A DNA stretch of 64,000 nt, from the NCBI GenBank assembly GCA_951406725.2, contig OX597823.1:63860001-63924000 (forward strand), given 5' to 3'. This document shows positions 52,141-64,000 of the stretch, one piece after another. The first letter of the stretch is position 1. Each line of letters begins with the position of its first letter. The position numbers were made by a program, and so were the translations under genes. Below the pieces are notes generated by a model. That model did no database searches. It saw only the letters and a program-made list of their open reading frames with translations, and was not told the origin of the DNA. This DNA is from Octopus vulgaris (taxonomy: Eukaryota).

Positions 52141-52629
52141 TGTTTGTTCATCATCATCATCATCATCATTTAACATCCATTTTCTTTGCTGGTATGGGTT
52201 GGATGGCATGACAGGAACTGGCAAGGCAAGGGGCCACACCAAGTTCCATAGTTTGTCTTGGCTTGGTTTCTACAGCTGAGTGCCCTTCCTAATGCCTGCC
52301 AGTTTACAGAGTGTTCTGTGCGCTTTTTTCATGGCACCATCACTAATGCTTTTTTATGTGGCACCAACATCAGTGCTTTTTACAGGCAACTAGCACCCAC
52401 ACCAATGCTTTTTATGTGGCATATTGCTTTTAGGATCTCAATTCTGTTTGTTCATAATTTATTATTGCTCACTCTTATAATGGCAGCATGTTCATCTCAG
52501 TTTTATTGTTATTGCAATGGCCATAATCCATATGAGCGAGTTCTTCTCAGGAGAAGAATTCCCCCATCTGGTCCAGTTCTTATCTGTTGTGTGATTCTGA
52601 TGGGTGTGAGGATAACAGTTAATTTTTCC

Positions 52630-52868
52630 TCAATGAGGCTGGCCGACCGTGGCTGATGCCAGCCTCGCCTGGCACCAGTGCAGGTGGCACGTAAAAAGCA
52701 CCCACTACACTCACGGAGTGGTTGGCGTTAGGAAGGGCATCCAGCTGTAGAAACATTGCCAGATAAGACCGGAGCCTGGTGCAGCCTTCTGGCTTCCCAG
52801 ATCCCCGGTCGAACCGTCCAACCCATGCTAGCATGGAGAACGGACGTTAAACGATGATGATGATGATG
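52630..52868 (+). mobile_element. (GAT)n-tailed SINE copy
   Basis: ggcacgtaaaaagcacccactacac...ggacgttaaacgatgatgat. Confidence 0.75.
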
Positions 52869-52999
52869 GTTGCCTGTTGCTCTAGTCATTCTACAAGGAA
52901 CTTTGAATAGTTGGGGTCATTTAGATCACAGCAATTCTTCAACCTATTAATGTAGTCTGTTGAGAGATCGTTTTCAATTTTTTATTTTTTGGGTTTTTT

Positions 53000-53390
53000 A
53001 TTGCTTCAGTCAGTCTGCAGCCATGCTGGAGCACCACATTGAAGAAATTTTAATTGAATGAATTGACCCCAGGACTTATTTTCTTTTTAAGGCCTGGTAC
53101 TTATTTTATCAATCTCTTTTGTTGAACTGCTAAGTTATGGTGACATAATCATACAAACAACCAGTTGTCAAGCAGCGGAGGGGGATAAACAGTCACAAAG
53201 AGACACACACACTTATGTATATACAAAACAGGCTTCTTTCAGTTTCCGCCAACCAAATCCACTCACAAGGCTTTGGTTGGCCCAAGACTATAGTAGAAGA
53301 CACTCATCCAAAGAGCCATGTAGTGGGACTGTACCTGGAACCTTGTGGTTGATAAGCAAACTTCTTACCATGCAGACACACATGTGCCTA
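53000..53390 (-). mobile_element. CORE-type SINE copy
   Basis: Same family, diverged. Confidence 0.75.
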
Positions 53391-56300
53391 TCTTCCTTAG
53401 GTTTTTTGCAGAAATGATACAGGTCTTGATTCAATTCAAAGGTCCACTGAAATTTCTTATGGTAGCTCTATGACATGTGAAGCTAACCACAGTCTCCAGT
53501 CTAAGCATGGCATATATAGCAGTAATCCCAATGTGTAGAGTTCCAGTTAATTTTCCCTACTTGATTACAGGTAAGGTCATCGATAAAAAAAGAAAAAAAG
53601 CTTCCTTACACAAAGAAGATAACCAATTTTTTATCAGGTTTGTATAAATGGCAAGATGAATGTGCACTAGTGTGGTTGCATGGTAGGAAATTCGTTTTCC
53701 AGCCACATGATTCCAAGTTCAGAACCTTGGGCCAACCAAAGCCTTGTCAATGTATTTGGTAGATAAAAAAAAAAATGAAAAGATGCCTGTGTGTGCTTGT
53801 GTTTGTCCCCCACCACTGGTTGATAACCAGTGTTGGTGAGTTTACATCCCTGGAAAACTATTTTACATTGAGAAGATGGAAGCTTGAGCATTCCTTGAGC
53901 AAACACACAAAAATAATGTGCTGACAATCAAAATCCACAGCAGAGAAACACTAGGTGTGATGTGACATAACTAAGTGTAATTTCAAGATCAAGAAATCAG
54001 AAGAAAGTGATGTCCCACAAAATTATAGGTTAAAACTCAGCCTTCAATAACTTCTTTAATTATCACATTAAAAGTACTGGTGCCACATAAAAAGTAGCCA
54101 CTACACTCTGTGGAGTGGTTGGCATTAGAGAGGGCATCTAGCTGTAGAAACCAAGCCAAAACAGATAAAGGAGCCTGGTGTGGCCCCTGGCCTTACAAGC
54201 TCCACTCAAATCTCCAACTCAAGCCAGCACGCAGATGGAAATCAAATGATAATGATGAGAAAGAAGCTGCATGAGTTGGAGGTTTGACTGGAGCTTGTAA
54301 AGCCAAAGGCCACATCAGGCTCCATTATCTGTTTTGGCTTGGTTTCTACAGCTAGATGCCCTCCCTAATGCCAACCACTCTGCAGAGTGTACTGGCAAAG
54401 GAAGTCATAGTGACCAAGTTGTGCTCTAAAACAGAAATTTCAAAACCAAGTTGGCCAAAATACCAAAAAGCAATTTTTTATTTTAATGTCGTGATGTACT
54501 TACAGACACTAAAAATATAAGGCTTTAATCATCATCGTCAATTATCATCTGCTTTCCATGTTGGCATGGACTGGACAACTTCAGAGGAACTGGCAAAGCC
54601 AAGAGCCATACTAGGTATCATAGTCTGTTTTGACATGATTCCCACAGCTGGATGCCCTTCCTAATGCCAATCACTTTACAGAATGTACTGGGTGCTTTTC
54701 ACATGGCACCATCACCAGTGCTTTTTACATGGCACCATCATCAGTGCTTTTTATGTGGCACCAGATCATCATCATCATCGTTTAACTGAGAGCTGGCGAG
54801 CCAGATGGCTGCACCAGGCACCAGTCTTGATCTGGCAGAGTTTCTACAGCTTGATGCCCTTTCTAACGCCAACCACTCCGAGAGTGTAGTGGGTGCTTTT
54901 ACGTGCCACCAGCACGGGGGCCAGTCAGGCAGTACTAATTAAATCAGTGCTCAACTTTTGTTGGGTTACACCAGTTTTCTTGCTTTCCATGCATATTATT
55001 TAACGTCCCTCTTCCATGCTGGCATAGGTTGGATGGTTTGACAGAAGCTGGCTGGGAAGGAGCCTGCACCATACTGCTGAGTGTATTTTGGCATGGTTTT
55101 CATAGTTGGATGCCCCTCCTAACACCAGCCACTCTGTAGAGTGAGGTGAGTGCTTTTTACATGACACTTGCACAGGTGAGGTCAGTTTTGGCATGGTTTT
55201 TACAGCTAGACGCCCTTCCAAATGCCAACCACTTTATAGTGTGGACAGGGTGCTTTTTAAATGGTACCTGTACTGATGGGGTCACAAAGTGACTTTGCAA
55301 GACAAAGTGTCTTTGAGAGGAGAGGAGCATTGGAGGAGGTGATCTTGTGTCAGATGATGAAAAATTAGAGTGTGAAAGAGAGGCAGAAACAGATGTCTTG
55401 CTGTAGAGGTCCATGGTTACCCAGCCAGAGAGGCGAAGTAAAAGCGGAGAAAGAAGAGAGAAAGAGGAGAGAGAGTTAAGAAGACTGTGGGCAGAAACAG
55501 GTATGTTGCTGTAGAGGAGATACATGATTACTCAGCCAGAGGGGAGAGCAAGAGAAAGAGAGAGAGCATAGGAGACAGCAAGAGGAGAGAGATGGCAATT
55601 AAATATAAAAAAGTGACCATCAAAATATTCCAATTACTCTTCAAACATTAACATAAGTGGTTGTGGTGGTGGGGGTGGGGGTATGTCACATCACAATCTG
55701 TGATGTGAGGCAACAAGAATAATTTCATCAAGAAATGAGTATTTTCAGTCTTCAGGTAAAAATATGGCCCTGGATCTGAAAGATAATCACTTGCTTACCT
55801 TAGCAAAAAAAAAATTTCAACAAAAATTTATTTTTCATTTGGAGCTAATGAGACATTTTACATAAAAATGTGATGCGACATAACATAGGAATTGGCTATT
55901 AATCATACTTTGTAACTTCATTTGGCTAAAAGTAAACTATCAGAAATTTCTAAATAGCTTCACTTAGCTGCAGACAAATAACATTAAGAAGCAATTTTTT
56001 TCTCCATCTATATTTCTTAAAAACCGCTCATAAATATGGAAATAATTTGTAAGATAGTGCAGCCTACAAATGCTGCCATGTTTTAGTTTGGTCACTACTA
56101 TGGCTTGGTTTGGAAAATTTTTGAAAAACTCCACAACTATTTAAAATAAGAGGGATAGATTTTCTCAAAACATTAAGTTTTGTTCTCTTTAGTTCACACT
56201 TTAAAATTTCACTTCATGGTTGACGTAAGCAGAGAATGGCCCTGGAATCGAAATCGGAATCTTGGGGTTAGTAGCCCGCGCTCTTAACCACTACGCCATA

Positions 56301-56503
56301 ATGGCTGTTACACAGTTTCCGTTTACTAAACTCACTGACAAAGTTATGGTTTGCCTGGAGGATAATAGAAGACACTTGCCCTGAGTGTTGCATTTGAGAA
56401 GCAAACTTCATAACCATTCCATCATTCCAGTGCATAAGCCATGCTTGCAAACATGCATACAAATAAACACTTTACTACAAAATTAAAAAGAAAACCTAAT
56501 TAC

Positions 56504-56596
56504 CTTTTCTGTTTCAGAATTTGTGTCTGCAGGATTACTCTCCAACTTGACTGCTGAGTTATGAAAACGCCATCGTTTGCACCCAACTTTGCCCAT
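56504..56596 (-). CDS. SLX9: SLX9/FAM207A coding exon 1 (MGKVGCKRWRFHNSAVKLESNPADTNSETEK)
   Basis: Acceptor tttcttttctgtag before 56604; ATG in AAAAATGG context at 56596; donor AAG|gtaatt; 93 nt, phase 0 exit. Confidence 0.85.
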
Positions 56597-57623
56597 TTTT
56601 AGATCTACAGAAAAGAAATAAACAAATAAAAAGATTTTGCAAGAAGGAATTGTAAAAAGCTCTGAATATGTGTGTATACATGTATGTATGCATGCTTATA
56701 TGAATATATATATATATCTATGTTTATGTATATGTGCAAGTATCAATCTACAGACACATACACACACTATATATCAACTCTTAGATCAAGTAATCTATGA
56801 AACAAGCATTGAGGCTACAAACTGGTTAAGTAGTCATATTTCTTATTCATTCCCTTGAGCCACATTGAAAAATAGTTGCCTACTGAGGTCGTATTTTATT
56901 CATATCATGTAGAAGCTGTCTGACACATGACTTCTGTCAGACCAGTTTATAACTCTCATTTTCTTAAAAAAGAAAAAAAAGAAAAGAAAATTTCATATAT
57001 ACACACATAACATTTTATTATTGTCATTCTCATGATTATCACCACCACCATTTCTATTATTGCAGCAACCATTATCATTATTATTATTATTATTATTAAG
57101 AAAATGCAAATACACCACGAAACTATCCATTTAAGCAGTCTTTCAAATTGCTAAATTGACTACTCGGAATTCCATTGCATGAAGTTTTTCTATAGCTCTA
57201 GATAAAGATCTGAAACAAAATTTATATCATTAACTTTCTTTATCAAATAGTCGGTATTCACAAGTCAAAAGAGAAAACATTATCCAAGAAATTGCACAGA
57301 TACTTTTACCAATACTTTTCACTACAACGAAGCTAGCTTCAGATCAATAACAGCCTACTCTTATTTTCAATTCCAAAAATAATTTTAGGCTCATTATATA
57401 TTGACTTTCTCGCTAAAGAGATATTATTACTAATGCTACAGGAACGATGGACAAAATGCTTTCTGGTGTTTGGTTAAATCACTTTAAGTTCTGAGTTCAA
57501 AATCCCATGAAGACCAACAAAATGTATGTGTGAAAGAGGAGTGTTGACAACATCAAGTACCAGTCAAATACTGAGGCCAATGCAATTGTCTATACTCTCT
57601 ATCATGTTCATAGTTACCATCAT

Positions 57624-58206
57624 TTAAACCCTTTAGCATTTATATTACTCTGATAAATGTAATGCTTGTTTATTCACATTGTTTTGTGTGCTAGTAGGGT
57701 ATTAAGAGCACCATCCGAGCGTGATCGTTGCCAGAGTGGCTATCTGGCCTCCGTGCTGGTGGCACGTAAAAGACACCATTCGAACGTGATCGTTACCAGC
57801 ATCACCTTACTGGCACCTGTGTCAGTGGCTTGTGTAAAAGATTTGAGTGAGGTCGTTGCCAGTACCGCCTAACTGGCCCCGTGTTGGTGGCACATAAAAG
57901 CACCCACTACACTCTCAGAGTGGTTGGCATTAGGAAGGGCATCCAACTGTAGAAACTCTGCCAGATCAAGATTGAAACCTGGTGCAGCCATCTGGTTCGC
58001 CAGCCCTCAGTCATTCGTCCAACTCATGCTAGCATGGAAAGCGGACGTTAAACGATGATGAAATTCGATATTTTGAGGATGTAATTGTTTCTTTTCAGAA
58101 TGACATTGTAAGATAGGTGTGAGAGGTAGTGTCTGGGCAATTTGAAAATTATAACGTGTAAAATATTTGGACTGGATATGGCTGGTTTTAAAAGCTAAAG
58201 GGTTAA
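57624..58206. mobile_element. piggyBac-type MITE split by a (GAT)n-tailed SINE (about 57687-58060)
   Basis: ccctttagcatt left end, gctaaaggg ttaa right end; the internal sequence resumes after the SINE. Confidence 0.7.
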
Positions 58207-58614
58207 AGTCAGGTTTTCCATGCCTAGAAATTTTCTATGGTCTGATGGTCTTCCTGTTTCTAACCCTCTCCTCTTTTCAAACGAGGTAATATTTCCCATA
58301 GCCCTTCAAACATGAACAGTACAACGGCCAGATGTATTTTCATGGAATATTGATAAAATTAACATCACTGTTTATATGATGTTAACATTTGCTTTCAATT
58401 AGTGCAAGATGTCAAAACCAATCTGAAACAATGGAAAAGTAGACATTAAAATGATGAAGATTGTACACATTCACACACATTCTATAAACATAAAAACTCA
58501 CTAAGTCCTGACATCAACAGGAAACTTCCACAAAAACAGTGATATCAACAATCTCTATCTACAAAGAGATGAATGAAGCAGACACTTGAAATCAGTGCAG
58601 ATCATATATATAAC

Positions 58615-58984
58615 TCTATATATATATAAAGCTGTGTATGGCAGGTTTGGTAGCCTTCAACTAACACTATCTCCTCTGAGACCCCACAGCGCAAGTTGAC
58701 CAAAATTGAGAGTATGATAGAAGAAGGCTTGCTCTTCCTTCCGTAGAAGAAAAAAATTCAAATCAGACCATGTTAACACCAAAAATTATTTACATCAAAA
58801 AGGTGCTTTTTTTTCTATGAAAATCCCTATCTTTTACGATTTTTTGACTGCTGTGTCGCCATTTTTCGGTGTATTTCAACCAGAAAAATGTTCCCTTAAA
58901 GAGAATAACAAGCTACATAATGCAAAATTTTTACTTTTCTAAAGGGTCGAAACAAACCCGAGCAATGCTGGGCGATACTGCTAG
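58615..58984 (+). mobile_element. Non-autonomous Helitron
   Basis: TCtatatatatataaagctg ... cccgagcaatgctggg cgatactg CTAG|T. Confidence 0.7.
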
Positions 58985-59846
58985 TATATATATATATGTA
59001 TATCGTGATCACCATCATTATCATTTAATGTCTATTTTCCATGCTGGCATGGGTTGGACAGTTTGACAGGAGCTGGCAAACCAGAAGACTGCACCATGCT
59101 TCCTTGTCTGTTTTAGCATAGTTTTTATGGCTGGATGCCCTTCTTAATACCAACCATCTAACGGAGTGGATTGGGTACTTTTTATGTGGCACCAGCACTG
59201 GTGGAAAATGTAGGTGTAAAACTGGAACTAGGCACTCTTCTGTGCAAGAAATAAAGTTTGACCTCATTTTACAAAGAACTTTCCATTTTTCACCATGTCT
59301 GTTTATCTTATCTTATTTTTAGCATTTTAACAAATAGATTTCTTCAGATTATTCTTCCTATAATCTTTGAGCAAAACAACATTTGCACCTCAAGCCATGA
59401 TATATAGAATTCAATGATGCTATTTACCATTATTTGTAAATAATTTAATTAGGAAATTAATGCCCAAGGAATCAGTATCTTGTAAATACAAGCCAATATG
59501 TGTAATCAACTTAACGGTATTCAACTTACAGGCAAGTGAAAATGACATTACAAGTACAACCCACATTTGCAATATACATCAACAATTATTATATCAGCGA
59601 ATTTAATTCAAATCCAACCAAATTCCTGCAGTAGTTATATTTTTGTGAATTTTATACAGAACTGTCAGTATTTCATTAAAATCTCTAGTTTTAAATATGA
59701 TTGAGAAATTTATGTAAATAAAGTACTTCAGTTAAAATTGTGTCCTCCAGAAAATATTTTACAATCATTTGGAGAGCTATTCTGTATGATAAAAACACTG
59801 GTAGAAGTGTACGGTCAAAAACAGCATATTTCAAACATGCCATAAA

Positions 59847-60067
59847 TTAACCCCTATGCATTCAGATTATTCTGTCAAATGTAAGACTCTTATTTACATT
59901 GTTTTAAATTAATCATGCATTATCTCAAAGCTTTGAGATTTCAATGAAGTGATTGCTTATTTTTAGAATGACATTGTAGAGTAAATGTAAGAGGCCAGAT
60001 CTGGCCAGTTTGAACATAAAACAGTATTTTGAGTCAGATACAGCCAGTTGAAATGCTAAAAGGTTGA
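59847..60067. mobile_element. piggyBac-type MITE, same family, opposite orientation
   Basis: ttaa cccctatgcattcaga ... aatgctaaaaggttga. Confidence 0.7.
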
Positions 60068-61441
60068 TTCAAGGAAAAAGTAGAAATCAAAATCAACAAT
60101 ATTTTTCTATTCTCTGATAAAATTTTTAAAATCTCTATGGAAACAAATTTTAAAATAACTTTAATCAATGTGGAAGCAAAAAAGACAGACAGCAACCAAT
60201 TTAGCAGTTTGGCCAACAGAATAAGTACCAAGTTTAAAAGAATAAGTATTGGGATTGATCCATTTGACTAAAAATTCAAGGTGTGTCCCAGGATGGCTGC
60301 TGTTGAATGACTGAAACTAGTAAAAAGATAAATTTTACTTTCATTATCATTTAATGCCCATTTCCCATGCGGCCATGGATAGCTGGCCAAGTTCCGACTG
60401 TCTGCTTGGGCATGGTTTCTATGGCTGGATGCCCCTCCTAACGCCAACCACTTTATGGAGTGTGCTGGGTGCCTTTTACATGCTATCAAGCATAGGTGTT
60501 TTCATGTGGCACCAGCATATTACATGGCACTGGCACAAGTGCATATTACGCGGCACCCAGCACCTGCAAGACAAAGACCTCTCAACGGGCAGAAGGATTG
60601 GGGCAATGGCCATAAATGACATGCCAGTATGTATGGAAGGCTGCATTTTTACTTAGCTTGACCTATCTTCTGAAGTACAGCAAATTGCCAGAAGTCTTGG
60701 TCTTTTGTCATCTATTCAGCAAAACCCAGCATCCAAAGACCATTTCTCACTACTTTCTGATCCTAACCCTTTCCACAGGTTCCCTCCACAATTAGAGCAT
60801 AAAAAACAATTTTAATAACTCATTATTACATTTTTGATATTATCCTTAAAGTTAGACTAACACCAATCCTTTGATCAATAGGTTTAAATCCTTACATATT
60901 AAGGATAATTGTTGACATACCTGATTTAAAAATTAAAGGTAACTACTCCTCCAGTTCTGAACCACTCTTAATGGATGTATTCAATTATACAGGTTTCCTA
61001 TGTGCTACTACTTTTGAAATGTATTCTACAAGTTAGAAAATTCATTTATTTTATTTCTCAAAGATTTGAACATAGAATCAAATTAATCTCATAGTTGGAT
61101 TAAAGAGAATCAGAGTCACAGAAGCAGTAGCAATGCAGACAGAGCAATGAATAACAAAAACAAAAATTATAATGATAATTCTTTCAGTGTTTTATATAGC
61201 TGGATGCCTTTCCTATAAGTTTCAGTTACCATGTAGGACACACAATACCTATGGCACCTTTACCAAAACTGAATACCTTGCAGAGATCAACCTTCACTTT
61301 CATTCTTGTGAGGGCAAGTGTGTGTGTGTGTGTGTGTGTGTGAGGTGTCAAGAAAATAAAGTAGAAGTACTAAGATTGATTTAATCCACTATCCTTCCAC
61401 TAAAACGTGTGGCTTTGTGTCTATTAGAAATCAATATTTAG

Positions 61442-61638
61442 AAGGATATCATGCTCGGAATGGTCAGTGGCAAGAGAGGAAGAGACCGGCCAAGAACCCG
61501 CTGGCTTGACACCATTAAGAGCGACACAGGAATGGCCAGAGCCAATCTGAAAGAAGCGACCCAGAATAGAACTGGCTGGAGAAAACTGATCTATCGAGTA
61601 ACGGAGATTCGACTTCAAATGAGCGGATAAGAGAGAGA
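61442..61638 (+). mobile_element. RTE/BovB-like LINE 3' end
   Basis: KDIMLGMVSGKRGRDRPRTRWLDTIKSDTG...LKEATQNRTGWRKLIYRVTEIRLQMSG* followed by (GA)n. Confidence 0.85.
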
Positions 61639-62862
61639 ATATTTATTCTTTTACTTGTTTCAGTCACCGATCTGCAGCCATGCTGGAGCACCACCTTAAA
61701 GGGTTTTAGTTGAAGAAATCGACCCCAGGACTTATTCTAACGGTCTCTTTTACCGAACTGCTAAGTTATAGGGACACAAACACACCACCATCAGTTGTCA
61801 AGTGATGGCAGTGGGGGGGGGGGGACAAACAGAGACAAATATATACACGAATTTAGTAAAATAACTTAGTTATCATTAAGCTAGTGTTAGAAACATAAAT
61901 TGTGACTAAGGTTTAATGGAAGATTTTAATTCAAAACTTATGAAAACAAGACATTTGTACTACAGAGCCAGAGGTGGTTTCAGCTGAGTTGGTATCAAAA
62001 GGGTTAAGTGTGTACATGTAAATAGTTATGAGTATGGTGGACAAGAGAGTTTTGGGAGTTGTTTTTCTCAATTGTGTGTGTGTAAGAGGCAAAATAAGTG
62101 GCAAATAGGGGGCAGGAAGCTTTCTTCATGGTAGAGCTGCATACTGGATCATGGTTGAAGAATGGAGAATTATTATAATTATGGGAGCCTTTCTGTTTGG
62201 CAGCCAGTTTTCAACTTTTGTTCCAAATGATTTCATATTTGATGAATTGGTGCAATCTTGTAAGCTCATTATTGATATGAAATTCATTTTTACCATAAAC
62301 CAATAGAGTTAATAGCTTTAAAAGTTTTCAAATTTTGGGTGATTTTAGCCAGTCAAAAGCCAGTTTCTATAGTAACAAGCCAAGCTGTTACCAAGCTGCT
62401 TGCTCATGTGGTCATTTTTCACTTATTAAATGCTTAAAACATGAGGTATAAGGTGGTTGTAAAAGTAATAGCTAAATAGGCCTTAAATTATGCAAATATT
62501 TTCTTCTGTTTGTTTTTTGCAGAATCATATGAATTGTTGCTTAGAATACAAATTTGCAAAAATTTTCTGAAAATTCCAAAACGAAGTTATGCAGGCTTAT
62601 ATGGCATGCACAAAGCAGAATTCCATCAATATTTCACTTGTTTACAGTTAGTTGAGAAATGTGTGCAGTAACACACAAAAATGACAGCTTCAAAATCCTG
62701 TTTTCTAATTGGATAAAAATGATCAAACTTTGAACCTCTGTAACATTTTTTGAAAATTATCTGGAAAAAGTGAATTAGCCCCTAAAATTCAGTATGGAAA
62801 ATTACAGCAATACATAAATTTTTTTAATTTCCACAGGTACAGCCAAACAGAAAACATACTAA

Positions 62863-63101
62863 TCAATATCTATAAAGCTGAAATGCGAAAAAGTTGTTTG
62901 ATTTCTTGTTTTTTTTGTCTCATTTTGGGATGGAAACGGTTTAAGGGGCAGTAGATGGGGTCAGATTGGCGCCAAAATTTACACTGGGGGGTAAAATGGG
63001 GTGGGCAATGGTGTGAGGAGGGTTGCAAGTCACTCGGGGGCTACCGTTTGGTTGCTATGGTGAGGAATATGGGAAAACGAAGCATGGGTCTAAATAGCTA
63101 G
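62863..63101 (+). mobile_element. Probable degenerate non-autonomous Helitron
   Basis: TC..tctataaagctg start; ends aacgaagcatggg...agCTAG|T. Confidence 0.5.
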
Positions 63102-64000
63102 TTATGATATAAAAACAAAAAATTAAAAATCACACATCAGTATAAGATTTGTGGTGCCCCAGCATTCAGGCTAAAACATTTTTAAGGATTTATGCTCACG
63201 GTCACTGTACCTTCAGAGTTTACTCTGTAACTAGATCACTACTATTTTTACATCTTTCCTAACTGCTCCCATTCACCCCCATATAATGCGTGAATAGCCT
63301 TGTACCCCCAGCCATGTGGTTGGGAAGCAAACTTCTCACCACACAGCTACACCTGTACCTTTGAACACAGAAAATGGATATATCTGTTCAAAACATTAAC
63401 TGCAGAAAGCTGTTTAATCCTGTTGCTTTGGGGGAAAAAAAAACTCCTCTCCCTATACAGTGAGAAGCACACATCCTCAGTGACATTTTTTACAAAAAAA
63501 TTGTTCAACATTTAAATTTGTGTCAAAATATTTTTGTTGCTTTGAAACCATGACCTGTTCACTGACAAAATTTTGTCCTGCATCTGAGAAAGTAACAATT
63601 AGTTCATGACCATGAACTATAGGAACTATGAATATCATACCTATAGGAAGGTTTTGAAAATGTACAGCAGAAGCAGAAAACATCAATTCTATTTTTTTAT
63701 GGATATTTAACATCCATTATGGGATGGCCTGTGAAATTTAATTACGCAATCAAAGGGTTAATATATCTCACTACTATGAGCCACGTGTGTTTCTGCGAAA
63801 TTTGAAATTTTTTTCAGAGAAAGCCTCTCTGTCTGCTGGCTTTTGTTGCATCTAACTTGACACTTAAAAGAAAGCAGTTCAAAGGGTCACATAAGAAATT
63901 TGAAAATGTGTTGTATCAATGTGTATTTGTGGGAATCATCATCATCATTCAATCTCTATTTTCCATGCTGGCATGTGTTGGACGGTTTGACAAGAGCTAG

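Larger units (their letters stand above)
15781..56604 (-). other. SLX9: Gene span (coding part) of SLX9/FAM207A-like ribosome biogenesis gene; 5 coding exons, 173 aa; upstream UTR exon not located
   Basis: Exons joined by hand with matching phases (0,1,2,2) give MGKVGCKRWRFHNSAVK...LPQKTKKQKFQDRKQYWKNQINSI...TPVVGDLTDMKDSLP...LENINLFKQVLSHPVFKQNPGSAITEHLQN. This parallels recalled FAM207A/SLX9 motifs: MGKV..R.R.H..AV, KK.K...RR..W..KI, VVGDL..L.D.LP, and the C-terminal F..LL..P.Y..P..AI...L. Confidence 0.88.

Noticed and set aside
56236-56300. tRNA gene candidate (minus strand, tggcgtagtggttaagagcgcgggctactaacccc)
   Set aside because: No proper acceptor stem and a mutated B box; more consistent with a SINE head fragment.

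Overview
AT-rich, repeat-dense eukaryotic genomic DNA. The SINE repertoire looks like Octopus (coleoid cephalopod); this assignment is from recognition, not a database search. One protein-coding gene is supported: a minus-strand SLX9/FAM207A ribosome-biogenesis homolog. It has five phase-compatible GT-AG coding exons (56504-56596, 42817-42916, 20369-20534, 16988-17032, 15781-15898; 522 nt, 173 aa) spread over about 41 kb. The rest is mostly tRNA-derived SINEs, TTAA/piggyBac-type MITEs, non-autonomous Helitrons/Helentrons, RTE and R4/Dong LINE fragments, a Tc1/mariner fragment and microsatellites. Almost all listed ORFs are artefacts of these repeats. The most interesting signal is a (TA)n-flanked element at 33003-34020: a 360-bp unit in tandem plus an inverted copy, carrying a minimal type I hammerhead ribozyme with a compensatory U3-A8 core (retrozyme / Penelope pLTR-like). 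Further hammerhead-like motifs and two SINE-derived fold-back hairpins are also present.
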